NCBI GenBank assembly: GCA_030141605.1
Contig: JAQGDQ010001990.1
Span: 1-18,506, forward strand
Length of the DNA stretch: 18,506 nt
Source of the DNA: Tubiluchus corallicola
Taxonomy: Eukaryota > Animalia > Priapulida
Reading direction: 5' to 3'
Every line of letters starts with the position of its first letter. The stretch's first letter is position 1. The notes under the pieces are model-generated. The model made no database searches. It was not told where the DNA came from and worked only from the letters and a program-made list of their open reading frames with translations. The position numbers and the translations under genes are program-made. Shown in pieces: positions 1 through 11,597 of the stretch.

Positions 1-379
1 TTTTCGTGATTTTTACATGAACATCAAACCACGAATGACATGAATGTATGATCAGAATTCAAAACGACATACGTTGGTTAAATTGGTTCATCTTTCTATG
101 TGACAAGCTATGATTACTTTCACTTTATAGTTTCTGCCTGTAGCGGTACACTGGTCAGCGGGGATTGCTTTTGATATTTCTTCCTCAAAACACTTCCTTT
201 GCTTCTTTTATTTATGCTTACAAGTGACTCCTATAGGATAGCCAATCGGAACATTGCTATTGGAAAGCAATAATTTGTCAAGTGAAAGTTCTAAATATCG
301 ACGCATTACAGAGTGTGTCCTATTGACGGTAAGTGTAAACAGTTGGGCTGCAAAAAAAAGATGTAACTAAAATCCTAAG

Positions 380-1222
<843 letters not shown>

Positions 1223-1628
1223 CTAAAATCCTAAGATGGAAGGAAGTACTTCTCCTACATGTTACTTATATCCTATATACTTATATCAAACACTTGGCTG
1301 CCATCTTAACTTTGTGCTTAAATGCTTACCTGGAAATGAAAAACATAAACCTACTGGAACGATTTGAAAACAATTTGAGCTACTGAACGAGATACAAGCA
1401 ATTAAAAGATTAGAAATCGAAATCTCTCTAAAAACAAAGAAAACTTCGTATAATTTTGCCTTAGTCGGCATTCGCATAATTCTGCCCCTCCCCATCACTC
1501 AAACTAAAAAACGTAGAAATCTAATTATTTATAGTACCTGTATCAAGTTCTTTAGAGAAGGCAATCTGAGGAAAAGGCCATATAATCTACAGCCAAAATT
1601 GTGAAGCAGCGAAGAAGCAGCTACGGGA

Positions 1629-1988
1629 CATCCTCCTCCTCCTCTTCATCATCATCTTCATCATCATCATCATCTTCATCATCATCTTCACCATCGCCAT
1701 CACCATCACCATCACCATCATCACCTTCATCATCTTCATCATCATCATCACCATCACCTTCATCATCTTCATCACCATCACCATCACCATCACCATCACC
1801 ATCACCATCATCATCATCATCTTCTTCTTCATCATCTTCTTCATCATCATCATCATCATCATCATCATGCTCATCATACTCCTCCTCCTCCTAATCATCA
1901 TCATCATCATCATCGTCGTCATCATCTCATTATCATCATCACCGTCGTCGTCGTCGTCGTCGTCATTGTTGTCGTTTTCTGATGTCAT
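1629..1988. repeat. Compound trinucleotide repeat (CCT/CAT/CTT/CAC/CGT)
   Basis: In-phase runs of TCC, TCA, TCT, CCA and TCG read directly. Confidence 0.95.
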
Positions 1989-2270
1989 TTATAAGGTAAT
2001 AAGCTCATTTTATTGCTGACGCATACATAAAATAAATACATATGTACAGCAGTCCGAATGTCATTTGGCCAAACTAAATCGAGTGTTTGTACATTATTAT
2101 GCCGCTCATTGATCAGCCAAATGTTGTTTACTTTTTGAGTGACCGAAAAATCAACAAACATATAGAAAAGTTGCCACAGAAATAACATGCGCGCTAACAA
2201 ACACAGAGCATCGAATTACAGCAAATAGAAAGTTAATTAAGGGTAAAAAATAGCAGGTTGCTTCGTTTAT

Positions 2271-2611
2271 CCACATAATGCATAAGAAATACACGAGGAT
2301 AGTTCCACTATTAATCCACAATGCATGAGAAATACATGAGGATAGTTCCACTTTTAATCCACAATGCATGAGAAATACATGCGAACAGTCTACCTGCACT
2401 CATATAATGCGCGAGAAGTACACTAGAACAGTCCACTTTCGTTCCACATAATGCATGAGAAATACATGAGGATAGTTCCACTATTAAGCCACAATACATG
2501 AGAAATACATAAGCACTGCCCACCTTCACTACACATAATATATGAGAAAAACATAAGCACTATCCTCCTTCACTCTTCATAATGCATGAAAAATACATGA
2601 GCATTGTCCTC
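2271..2611. repeat. Diverged ~42-45 bp minisatellite, about 8 copies
   Basis: Recurrent CCAC(AT)AATGCATGAGAAATACATGAGGATAGTTCCACT motif; copies decay toward the right. Confidence 0.9.
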
Positions 2612-3187
2612 AAAAGCCCGATGTGTTTACTCTACAAAGACTTTACATGCATCCGTTACTAAAATATTGCATTCCAGGATGGACTGTATGACAAATACAG
2701 TATATATATCAAGGCGGAGAAGTCTGTAATTTGTAATTTCATAATTTTACCATTTTCCTTTCTTTGAAAAGACTAATGAGCATTAATTTCGAGCATCATT
2801 CTATAACTCATTACTAGGTTCTTAAACTTCGATTCCAGAAAATTGCCATGACAGAATCATCAACTTACTGAGAGAAAATTAATTGTTTAGAGTTCCCAAA
2901 GTTTGTATTTTGTCTGAGTATCTGCCAGAGCCTCCTATCTTTATTTCACGTCTATAAACACTAGATATTTTTAGACAATAATAACAGACTAAGCTTAGAC
3001 TGGAAAAGTAGATTCATGGTATATGTGAGGATTTCAAACACCAGGTGGCAGTAGTTAAAGGCAGGTATAAGGTGTGAGTGTAGTCACTGACATGGCAAAG
3101 CCTACTGTGTCAAACAAGGCCCTAATTTTTATCATTGTCTTTGCCAAATATTTGAAATTTTTCTTGTTTTAGTGTTACATGTGCTTC

Positions 3188-3429
3188 ATCTTTGAGCCAA
3201 CTATCTGCTGCTATATTGTAAGTAATTAAGTAAATTACCCCCCTCCCCTTCTGAATTTCTAAATCTGTATTCAAACGTCAAAAAAACGTACTATAAAAGT
3301 TTACTATGATCTTTGAGCCAACTACTATATGCTGTTATGATGTAAGTAATTAAGAAAATTACCCCCTCCCCTTCTGAATTTCTAAATCTGTATTCACACG
3401 TCAGAAAACCTATTATAAAACTTTACTAT
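3188..3429. repeat. Tandem duplication, two copies of ~121 bp
   Basis: ATCTTTGAGCCAACTA starts at 3188 and 3309; both copies share AAATTACCCCC..TCCCCTTCTGAATTTCTAAATCTGTATTCA. Confidence 0.92.
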
Positions 3430-4240
3430 TTAATTAGCTGTACATTGCATTTGAGCGTCGTGCTATGCCGTATTTTTGTTTCGACTTATTTTGCTCAAGC
3501 TTTATATATGCTGCCCTTAATTTGCAGATTAAACGATAATACTAAAAAACAGTAGTTAGAGTATACGTGGTATATTGAAAGTTCAAAGTCAACACGTGGA
3601 CAGAAAAATAGATATAAATCCTGGCTGAAAAAAATGTGTTTACTGGCGGAATGATATCGTCTTTCTGCTGATATTTATCACCAAGATTAACACAGTGAGA
3701 CAGGAGTAACTGCTCGAGATCCACAGAAATCCATTAATCTTAGTTTCGTTACGTGAGTCGAAAATATGATCTAAATCTAGTTCACAGCCGCTTCCTGGTA
3801 ACTACTGTGGTGAAACGTGGAGGCTTCAGTTTGATCAACGTTTGTCATGAAAACCCACCGCCGGATAAACTATGGCTTCCCAACCGTGAGACTTGCGTCA
3901 GAGGAATTAAGTCTAAAGAGCCAGAGACCTTGTGATGGTATCGCGAAGTTTCCATTCCGCGTTGACAGATCGGCTCAGTACATTCCTTTAACTATTTTAC
4001 ATTCAATGTAGGTATCGGTGTAAAGAATGTGATGTTCTCAAAAATCAATAATCGTGCAGTTTAAATTGCACAACTGTATAATTCAAATGTGGTTAAGAGA
4101 ATTTGAAAATGTCGAACCAGAGTTTAAAACAGCAAAAATACAAACGTGCCCACCCAATGAGCATTTCTCTGAATGCCTCTGCCCTTCGTCTGTCGGCTCT
4201 TTGCTCTCACTCTCATTTTCATTCCGTGTGCCATATTTTA

Positions 4241-4334
4241 ATCTCTCCAATTTATTTGCCCCCTTTTCTCTCACCCCTTCTCTCTCTCCAACTCCCTCTC
4301 CCTCCCTCCCTTTCTCTTCCTCCCCTTCTCTCTC
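4241..4334. repeat. CT-rich low-complexity tract
   Basis: Pyrimidine-dominated stretch of degenerate CT/CCT repeats. Confidence 0.75.
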
Positions 4335-4503
4335 ATGCTTGACCGTTATTAGAGCTGTTGCAATACAGTTTGTGTTTGCGTTTCCTTAACAGTTTATGTC
4401 ATTGTTCTTTCTATTAAAAATATGGTTCGGATGGCATAACAAAATAGGTAAATTAAAAAATCTTTTCTGCCCAGTTCTCATAATATGTTTTGCTTGAGAA
4501 TTA

Positions 4504-4728
4504 TAGTAGTGGTGGTGGTGGGGTGGTGGCGTCGATGGTGGCAGCAATGGTGGTGGTGGTGGTAGTTGCAGTGGCAGCGGTGGTGGTGGCAACGGCGGCG
4601 GCAATGGCAGTCGTGGTGATGGTGGCAGCTGCAGTGGCAGTGGTGGTGGTAGAGGTGATGGTGGTGGTTGTGATGGTGGTGAATGTGATGATTATGGTGG
4701 GCTCCGAGGAGGCAGAAGTTATGATGGC
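4504..4728. repeat. Compound trinucleotide repeat (GGT/GGC/GAT/GCA)
   Basis: In-phase degenerate GGT-based triplets. Confidence 0.93.
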
Positions 4729-5353
4729 GACACTAGTCAAACATAAAACAGCGAGCTGTCGAAATTCACAAGTATTTCATTTCATTTCATTTACTTTTTT
4801 GATCACTAAATATAAAAGTAATTAATTTAGTTTTTTATTAGTTAGTTGCTTATAAAATGTATTCTGTTTATCTCAATTTTGCGCATACAATGTGTAACAT
4901 ATATCTTTCAATGTGACGTTCTTTGCAGCTGTATATTTAAAAATGATGCCTGAACTAAGCTAATAAGTATTATGATCAAGCCACAAATTAAATACGAAAT
5001 GTTCCAATCCAAGAAAACATAGATGAATATTCTGAAGCTGACTCAATACTATTAGCTCAGGTTTCATGACATGAAGCGTTCATGCATAAATATTGTTGCG
5101 GTCGTAAGTGTGACAATAATGTATTACTTACAGCTTCAGAAGATAATAAATCTAAAATAAATTTTTGCGAGCAGAAGCGGAAATTTTGATAAAATGTTAT
5201 TCTTAAATGTGGAATGGTTCCCGTGTGAATATTGAACGAGAGATGAAATACTAGGAAAAGGCATTTGACTTGGTTTTTATCGCATTGATCTAGCTGATTT
5301 TGATAAATTTTCTTTCATCGCTTGCGCTTTTTCACTTTACCTTCACTTAACTC

Positions 5354-5430
5354 AAGCGAATAGCCGAGTGGTCACGCTCGCGTGCTTTGCGATCAAAGTT
5401 AAACAACGCTGATCAGTTTCATCCGCCATA
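5354..5430 (+). mobile_element. Possible degenerate tRNA-derived SINE head
   Basis: TAGCCGAGTGG (5361-5371) matches the Pol III A-box consensus TRGCNNARYGG. Only a poor B-box (GTTTCATCC, 5416-5424) follows, and I cannot fold a cloverleaf. Confidence 0.3.
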
Positions 5431-5732
5431 CCAATTCTGTTAGTTTACCTAGTTAAAGAGGGTATGTATTCATATTCAAAAAATGGCTTAGATAATTCAA
5501 GCGCTTCAATGGCTCTTTTCAGAAGAACATCCTTAATAATTAGCTAGATTCCTGTCACGCCACCGACATGAACGTAGAGTATTTTTTGCCGTTGAACAGG
5601 GTCGGGTCTTCCAATTGGCATAGCAGGCCATTGGCTTAAGGGACAACGGGTACGCTACGTATTAATGTATGACCTTGTTTCAAGTGTACACCGAATATTT
5701 CACTATCTAATACATATAAATCTATAATGGAC

Positions 5733-7339
5733 CCTGTACAATAAGTATAGGTCCCAGAATATCTGGTACCTGTACAATAAGTATAGGTCCCAGAATATCT
5801 GGTACCTGTACAATAAGTATAGGGCCAGTAATCCGGAGTATGGGGTCCCTGTACAATAAGTATAGGGCCAGTACTCCGGAATATAGGGCCCCTGTACAAT
5901 AAGTATAGGGCCAGTACTCCGGAGTATGGGGCCCCTGTACAATAAGTATAGGGCCCAGAATATCATGTACCTGTACAATAAGTATAGGGCCCAGAATATC
6001 TTGTACCTGTACAATAAGTATAGGGCCCAGAATGTCTTGTACCTGTACAATAAGTATAGGCCCAGAATGTCTTGTACCTGTATAATAAGTATAGGGCGCA
6101 GAATATCTTGTACCTGTACAATAAGTATAGGGCCCAGAATGTCTTGTACCTGTACAATAAGTATAGGGCCCAGAATGTCTTGTACCTGTACAATAAGTAT
6201 AGGGCCCAGAATATATGGTACCTGTACAATAAGTATAGGGCCCAGAATATCTGGTACCTGTACAATAAGTGTAGGGTCCAGAATGTCTTGTACCTGTACA
6301 ATAAGTATAGGCCCAGAATGTCTTGTACCTGTACAATAAGTATAGGCCCAGAATGTCTTGTACCTGTACAATAAGTATAGGGCCCAGAATGTCTTGTACC
6401 TGTACAATAAGTATAGGGCCCAGAATGTCTTGTACCTGTATAATAAGTATAGGCCCAGAATGTCTTGTACCTGTACAATAAGTATAGGGCGCAGAATATC
6501 ATGTACCTGTACAATAAGTATAGGGCCCAGAATGTCTTGTACCTGTATAATAAGTATAGGGCCCAGAATGTCTTGTACCTGTACAATAAGTATAGGGCCC
6601 AGAATGTCTTGTACCTGTATAATAAGTATAGGGCGCAGAATATCATGTACCTGTACAATAAGTATAGCCCAAACACCAAAAAAACCCAAACACCAAAAAA
6701 ACCAAAACAACCACAAAAAACCCAAACACCACAAAAAACCCAAACACACAAAAAACCAAAACAACCACAAAAAACCCAAACACCAAAAAAACCCAAACAC
6801 CAAAAAAACCAAACACCAAAAAAACCAAAACAACCACAAAAAACCCAAACACCAAAAAAACCCAAACACCAAAAAACCAAAACAACCACAAAAAACCCAA
6901 ACACCAAAAAAACCCAAACACCAAAAAAACCAAAACAACCACAAAAAACCCAAACACCAAAAAAACCCAAACACCAAAAAAAGGCGCAGAATATCATGTA
7001 CCTGTACAATAAGTATAGGGCCCAGAATGTCTTGTACCTGTACAATAAGTATAGGGCCCAGAATGTCTTGTACCTGTATAATAAGTATAGGGCGCAGAAT
7101 ATCATGTACCTGTACAATAAGTATAGGCCCAGAATGTCTTGTACCTGTATAATAAGTATAGGCCCAGAATGTCTTGTACCTGTATAATAAGTATAGGCGC
7201 AGAATATCATGTACCTGTACAATAAGTATAGGCCCAGAATGTCTTGTACCTGTATAATAAGTATAGGCCCAGAATGTCTTGTACCTGTACAATAAGTATA
7301 GGCCCAGAATATCTGGTACCTGTACAATAAGTATAGGGC
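5733..7339. repeat. 35/36-bp minisatellite, about 35 units, interrupted at 6668-6982
   Basis: Consensus CCTGTACAATAAGTATAGGGCCCAGAATGTCTTGTA; three 43-bp variant units at 5805-5933. Confidence 0.98.
6668..6982. repeat. A/C-only higher-order tandem repeat inserted into the 36-bp array
   Basis: 315 bp with no G or T. Units A=CCCAAACACCAAAAAAA (17 nt) and B=CCAAAACAACCACAAAAAA (19 nt), ordered AAB AAB AAAB AAB AAB AA. Confidence 0.97.
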
Positions 7340-7817
7340 AACAAATTTAAAATCAGGATCTATGTAATTTAATAGAAGAAACAAGTAATAGAATTTAATA
7401 GAATTTAACAAGAAACAATGGATTAAGGTCGTGCAGAAGTATCGAGTTACATGCATTCGTCGTTCCATCCTTTACCATAAGGTCTTTAACTGGAGGCCCA
7501 TTGATGAGTTTGGTTTAGGGCCCACAAGTAGGTAAAACTGCCCCTGCCGTTCGAACTGAATGCAGTGAAGCAAAAACAGCGGCCACACATACAAAACTTC
7601 AGTTTATTTCCAAAAAACCAAATTTGCAAAAACAGATTTTAGCTATCTAAAACTGAAGTGAAAAGTTAATACTAGAGGATAAAGGAAAACAGCAAGATTT
7701 TTTACACTCTTCACAATTTTGAAGCACGGTAGAAATACACATTTTAACACCTACAATCAGGTCAAAGTGCCAATATCTCTAATTGGCTGGGATAATCTAC
7801 AATGTACAGTAACGTGG

Positions 7818-7920
7818 GTCTCGTCTTGCACAGAGACATTATCACATCTGCACATTCTGTTGTCACGAGGAATGGGTGGCCTGGCCCCTTTTACCAGCCT
7901 CAGTCCTCAGATGACGAGAC
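7818..7920. mobile_element. Possible decayed short MITE (~100 bp)
   Basis: Inverted termini GTCTCGTC (7818-7825) and GACGAGAC (7913-7920); no clear TSD. Confidence 0.25.
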
Positions 7921-8501
7921 GACAGCATAAACCTACTGAAACGTATTCGTAGAGAATCAGGGACATCAAACGAGTAAAATTATTGCATGTTGTACTAATG
8001 CAGAGTTACCGACTTTTGTTTACACTTTTATGGCAAAATTACAGTTTATTATCCATAAAATTTTACTCGCTGTTACCACAGTCCATTGAACTCTTTCATG
8101 CAACGAACAACAAGTTTTAACATGTCATTTTGTCGCATATGACAGCAGCGATTTGCATAAAACTTACTGCAAAACTGGCATGAAGTCATCACCAAGAAAT
8201 GCAATTACTGAGGGAAAATGCCTTTTATTGCTTAAAAGGCTTTAATTATTTCAAATAATGACCGAAGATTTGTTTGGATTTGCAAATGTCAATACTACTC
8301 AGCATTCTGAGTGAAAACGAAAACGCTTTAGAGACAATAATTGAAGTGCTGCTGCCTCTCGGGGCTACTATTCGCAATTGCGCGAATTAGCGGAGATGGG
8401 AAGATGGAGATGGAGAAGATGGTTAAGCAAAGAAGTAAGTGGGCAAGTAAGTAAGCATGTAAATGCAAGTGAACAGGAAGTAAGTTAATAAATACGCAAA
8501 A

Positions 8502-8923
8502 GTAGCTAGGTAGGTAGGTAGGTTAGGTAGGTAAGTCGGTAGGTGTATAGGTAGGTAGGTAGGTGGGTAGGTGGGTAGGTAGGTAGGTAGGTAGGTAGGT
8601 AGGTAGGTAGATAGGTAGGTAGGTAGGTAGGTAGGTAGGTAGGTTAGGTAGGCAAGTCGGTAGGTGTATAGGTAGGTAGGTAGGTAGGTAGGTAGGTAGG
8701 TAGGTGGGTAGGTAGGTAGGTAGGTGGGTGGGTGGGTAGGTAGGTAGGTAAGCAGGTAGATAGGTAGGTAGGTATGTAGGTAGGTAGGTGGGTAGGTAGG
8801 TAGGTAGGTGGGTGGGTGGGTAGGTAGGTAGGTAAGCAGGTAGATAGGTAGGTAGGTATGTAGGTAGGTAGGTAGGTAGGTAAGTAGGTGGGTAGGTAGA
8901 TAGGTAGGCTGGTAGGTGGATAG
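8502..8923. repeat. (GGTA)n tetranucleotide microsatellite with internal segment duplications
   Basis: GGTA runs with GGTG and AGTA variants. Interruption patterns recur at ~8521/8642 and ~8726/8810. Degenerate AAGT repeats precede it. Confidence 0.96.
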
Positions 8924-9013
8924 ACGCGTTACTGAGTAAGTAACGAGAGAGGATAAGACAAGTTACTCTACCATATGGAGAAAAAACGAGGATGATCTAA
9001 ACGTTTACAGACT

Positions 9014-9487
9014 GACGTTAACCTAGTGCAGACGTTAACCTTGTACAGACGTTAACCTAGTGTAGACGTTAACCCAGTGCAGACGTTAACCCAGTGCAGA
9101 CGTTAACCCGGTGCTGACGTTAACCCGGTGCTGACGTTAACCCGGTGCAGACGTTAACCAGTGCAGACGTTAACCCAGTGCTGACGTTAACCCAGTGCTG
9201 ACGTTAACCTAGTGCAGACGTTAACCCCAGTGCAAACGTTAACCCAGTGCAGACGTTAACCCAGTGCAGACGTTAACCCAGCGCAGGCGTTAACCTAGCG
9301 CAGACGTTAACCTAGTGCAGACGTTAACCTAGCGCTGACGTTAACCTAGTGCAGACGTTAACCTAGTGCAGGCGTTAACCTAGCGCAGGCGTTAATCTAG
9401 TGCAGGCGTTAACCTAGTGCAGACGTTAACCTAGCGCAGGCATTAACCTAGCGCAGACGTTAACACAGTGCAGACATTAACCTAGTG
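9014..9487. repeat. 17-bp minisatellite, about 28 copies
   Basis: Consensus GACGTTAACCTAGTGCA with CCCAG, CCCGG and GCGCA variants. Confidence 0.98.
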
Positions 9488-10297
9488 TAATCTGTTTTCC
9501 AAAGTCCACGAATAAAATTTTCAGGAACGGTAAGCCGCAGTTGTAGAAAAACGTACACCAGGAACAAAACTTTGGAAGTTTCTTGCTTTGCATCAGTGTC
9601 CGTAATCTACTACACCTCCACATGTATTTACTTTTCCTGAATGGACTAAAGCTAGTCTGTAGTGAAATAATGCAACTTAGAAGATCGTATGTGCTAGCAT
9701 CCGCCAGACCAAATGAGTTTCTAGGATCCAGTCTAACATTAACCTAGACTACTATAATAGACATGTGAACGACAGCTATTTTGGTTCAGCAGCCTTAATT
9801 TAGTTCCTCAGAGACTAACAACAGCAAGATCTCTTCTACAGAAATTATCTAACTGTGTCAAGAGAAATATGCCAACTGCAGCCCTAAACTATACAGGCTA
9901 CGCAGCGAAAGTTTTTGACTTCACCTAATTTATGAAAAATTTAATAAAAACTTGTCTTTGTTAAGGCGATAGTCGCACAATCTTGAAAAGTACGAAAATT
10001 ATCCTTTTGAAAGATTATATTCATTATAAAATTGAATTTTCACAAAATGTTTCTGAGTGACATGGCATACTGTACATTATACGCGTAAGATTTGTACTGA
10101 CCGTGCATTGCTCCAAGTCTTAGAGATAAATATTCACGAAAATTACAATAATTAAAGACACGAAAGACGCTAATACTGATTAATGGTGAGGTAATAACAT
10201 AGTATAAGCAATTCTGGCACAGTGCCAAAGTCACTCGATATACACGGCGAATATATAATGGAATAAAATATGGCACAGATTGAGCAATCAGCTCAGC

Positions 10298-10402
10298 TTG
10301 TTTGCATGTTTGTGTGTCTGTCTTCGATGCATGTCACTACGCATGACCTTGACTCGGAATGATTAGATTTTGAGGTCAATCGCCCCAAAGGTCAAAGGTC
10401 AT
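10298..10402 (+). mobile_element. Possible fragment of a Helentron-associated/pearl-like non-autonomous repeat
   Basis: Degenerate GTTT/GTCT microsatellite followed by GATTAGATTTTGAGGTCA..AAGGTCAAAGGTCA. This arrangement resembles such elements of marine invertebrates as I recall them; termini not found. Confidence 0.35.
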
Positions 10403-10720
10403 TTAATCATAAAAACTTTACGTCATTAAAACAGTACTAGACAAATGGTTTGTGATGAACGGCACTTAGGAAGAGCAGTTACTGTAACACGTGTCTTTAA
10501 TGAGTGTCGGTAGTCTAGAAATGATAATTTGCACCAACCGGGAGCAGCACTAGTTAAAATAAATTGATAATATTTTAAAAAATAACCGTCGCCACTTTAC
10601 ATTTTGCAGCGAGAATAAAATCAAATATAGCTTGACATTAAGCATAAATTTGACAAAGGAAAATGCCTGAAAATTAACGTAGTAAGTTGAAAATGTATTT
10701 CAACTTTAATATTTTTTACC

Positions 10721-11265
10721 TCAATTCAATTCAAATTCAATTTAATTCAAAACGTGCATTTATTTCCATGTTCATGATATAACTGAGGCAAGTAAATGTA
10801 TTTAATTATCACAATGGAAAAAGGATGGCGAAAGACCAAGAAGGTCAACTAGTCAAGCCATCATTCAATGGATGTATGTGATTATTGGGATGACACTGTA
10901 GCTATTTCACTCATGAATAGTAGTGATATTACATTATTACTATTTCACTTAGCAACTTGATCTGTTTAAAATTCACTAATCAACATTAAATAACTGAAGG
11001 ACGAAAATGCAATCAAAGATATATAAACATACAGGAAAATGATGAAGAAAAAGCAATGGTAAGTAAACGCCAAATAATGTGATACAAATGAATATAAAAA
11101 TGATCAAAATTCAAGCTGTCATATCGCCCATGTATAACTCAAAATGAGAAAAACATGCAAAATAATAACAATAATATTGAATAAAAAATAATAAAAAACA
11201 AATTAAATAATTAAAATAAACAAACCTCGAATAATACTTTACGATGTTGAGAAACTAAACAAACA
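10721..11265 (-). mobile_element. 3' end of a CR1/L2-group LINE (3' UTR and tail)
   Basis: On the minus strand: a T-rich tract, a stem-loop (plus-strand GATGGC 10824-10829 / GCCATC 10857-10862 with an inner GACC/GGTC), AATAAA, then a (TTGAA)n tail at 10721-10750. The upstream boundary is uncertain. Confidence 0.55.
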
Positions 11266-11597
11266 ATTGTCCATGTAAGCCAATAGCAAGCGCGGATAAG
11301 CAGGGCAAAGAAGAAAGGGCTTCTTCTTCACTTCTGTTTATAACCCCCATTTTAACTCGAGCGGGTGTGCAGTTAAAATTTTACACGCAACGGGTAGAGA
11401 CGTTAGCCTCGTTATCGTCAATTTGTTTTTATGGCTACTCATAACAGGGAGAAACGTGTTTTTGCTAACAGATTTTGCACCATAAACTTCTTCATAAGTA
11501 AGGCACGGTAATTTTAAGCACTTTACAACACACTCTGCAACTACGCAATGTAAACACATGCAGTGGTGCCGTGAAATTACAGGTACGAAACAAAGAA

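Larger units (their letters stand above)
5597..7546. mobile_element. Putative non-autonomous hAT-superfamily DNA transposon
   Basis: Imperfect TIRs CAGGGTCGGGTCTTCC (5597-5612) and GGTAAAACTGCCCCTG (7531-7546), 11/16 match, with CAGGG termini. Flanks CCGTTGAA (5589-5596) and CCGTT(C)GAA (7547-7555) resemble an 8-bp TSD. Subterminal GGCCC motifs; no transposase. Confidence 0.65.

Noticed and set aside
5354-5430. Functional tRNA gene
   Set aside because: Only the A-box matches; there is no acceptor stem and no proper T-loop/B-box.
6668-6982. Canonical interstitial telomere, or a simple base-converted copy of the host unit
   Set aside because: It contains no CCCTAA/CCTAA, and the simple G/T substitutions I tried on the 36-mer did not reproduce the A/B units.
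5733-7339. CRISPR-like array (36-bp period)
   Set aside because: The units are head-to-tail with no unique spacers, there are no cas genes, and the context is eukaryotic.
5636-7468. Overlapping ORFs up to 529 aa (YLLYRY / WCLGF repeats)
   Set aside because: They are open in several frames on both strands because the tandem units are stop-poor, and the 35/36-bp length variation shifts the peptide register freely.
9961-9995. Kolobok/piggyBac-like left end (TTAA followed by GGCGATAGTCGCAC)
   Set aside because: I found no matching inverted terminus in the window.
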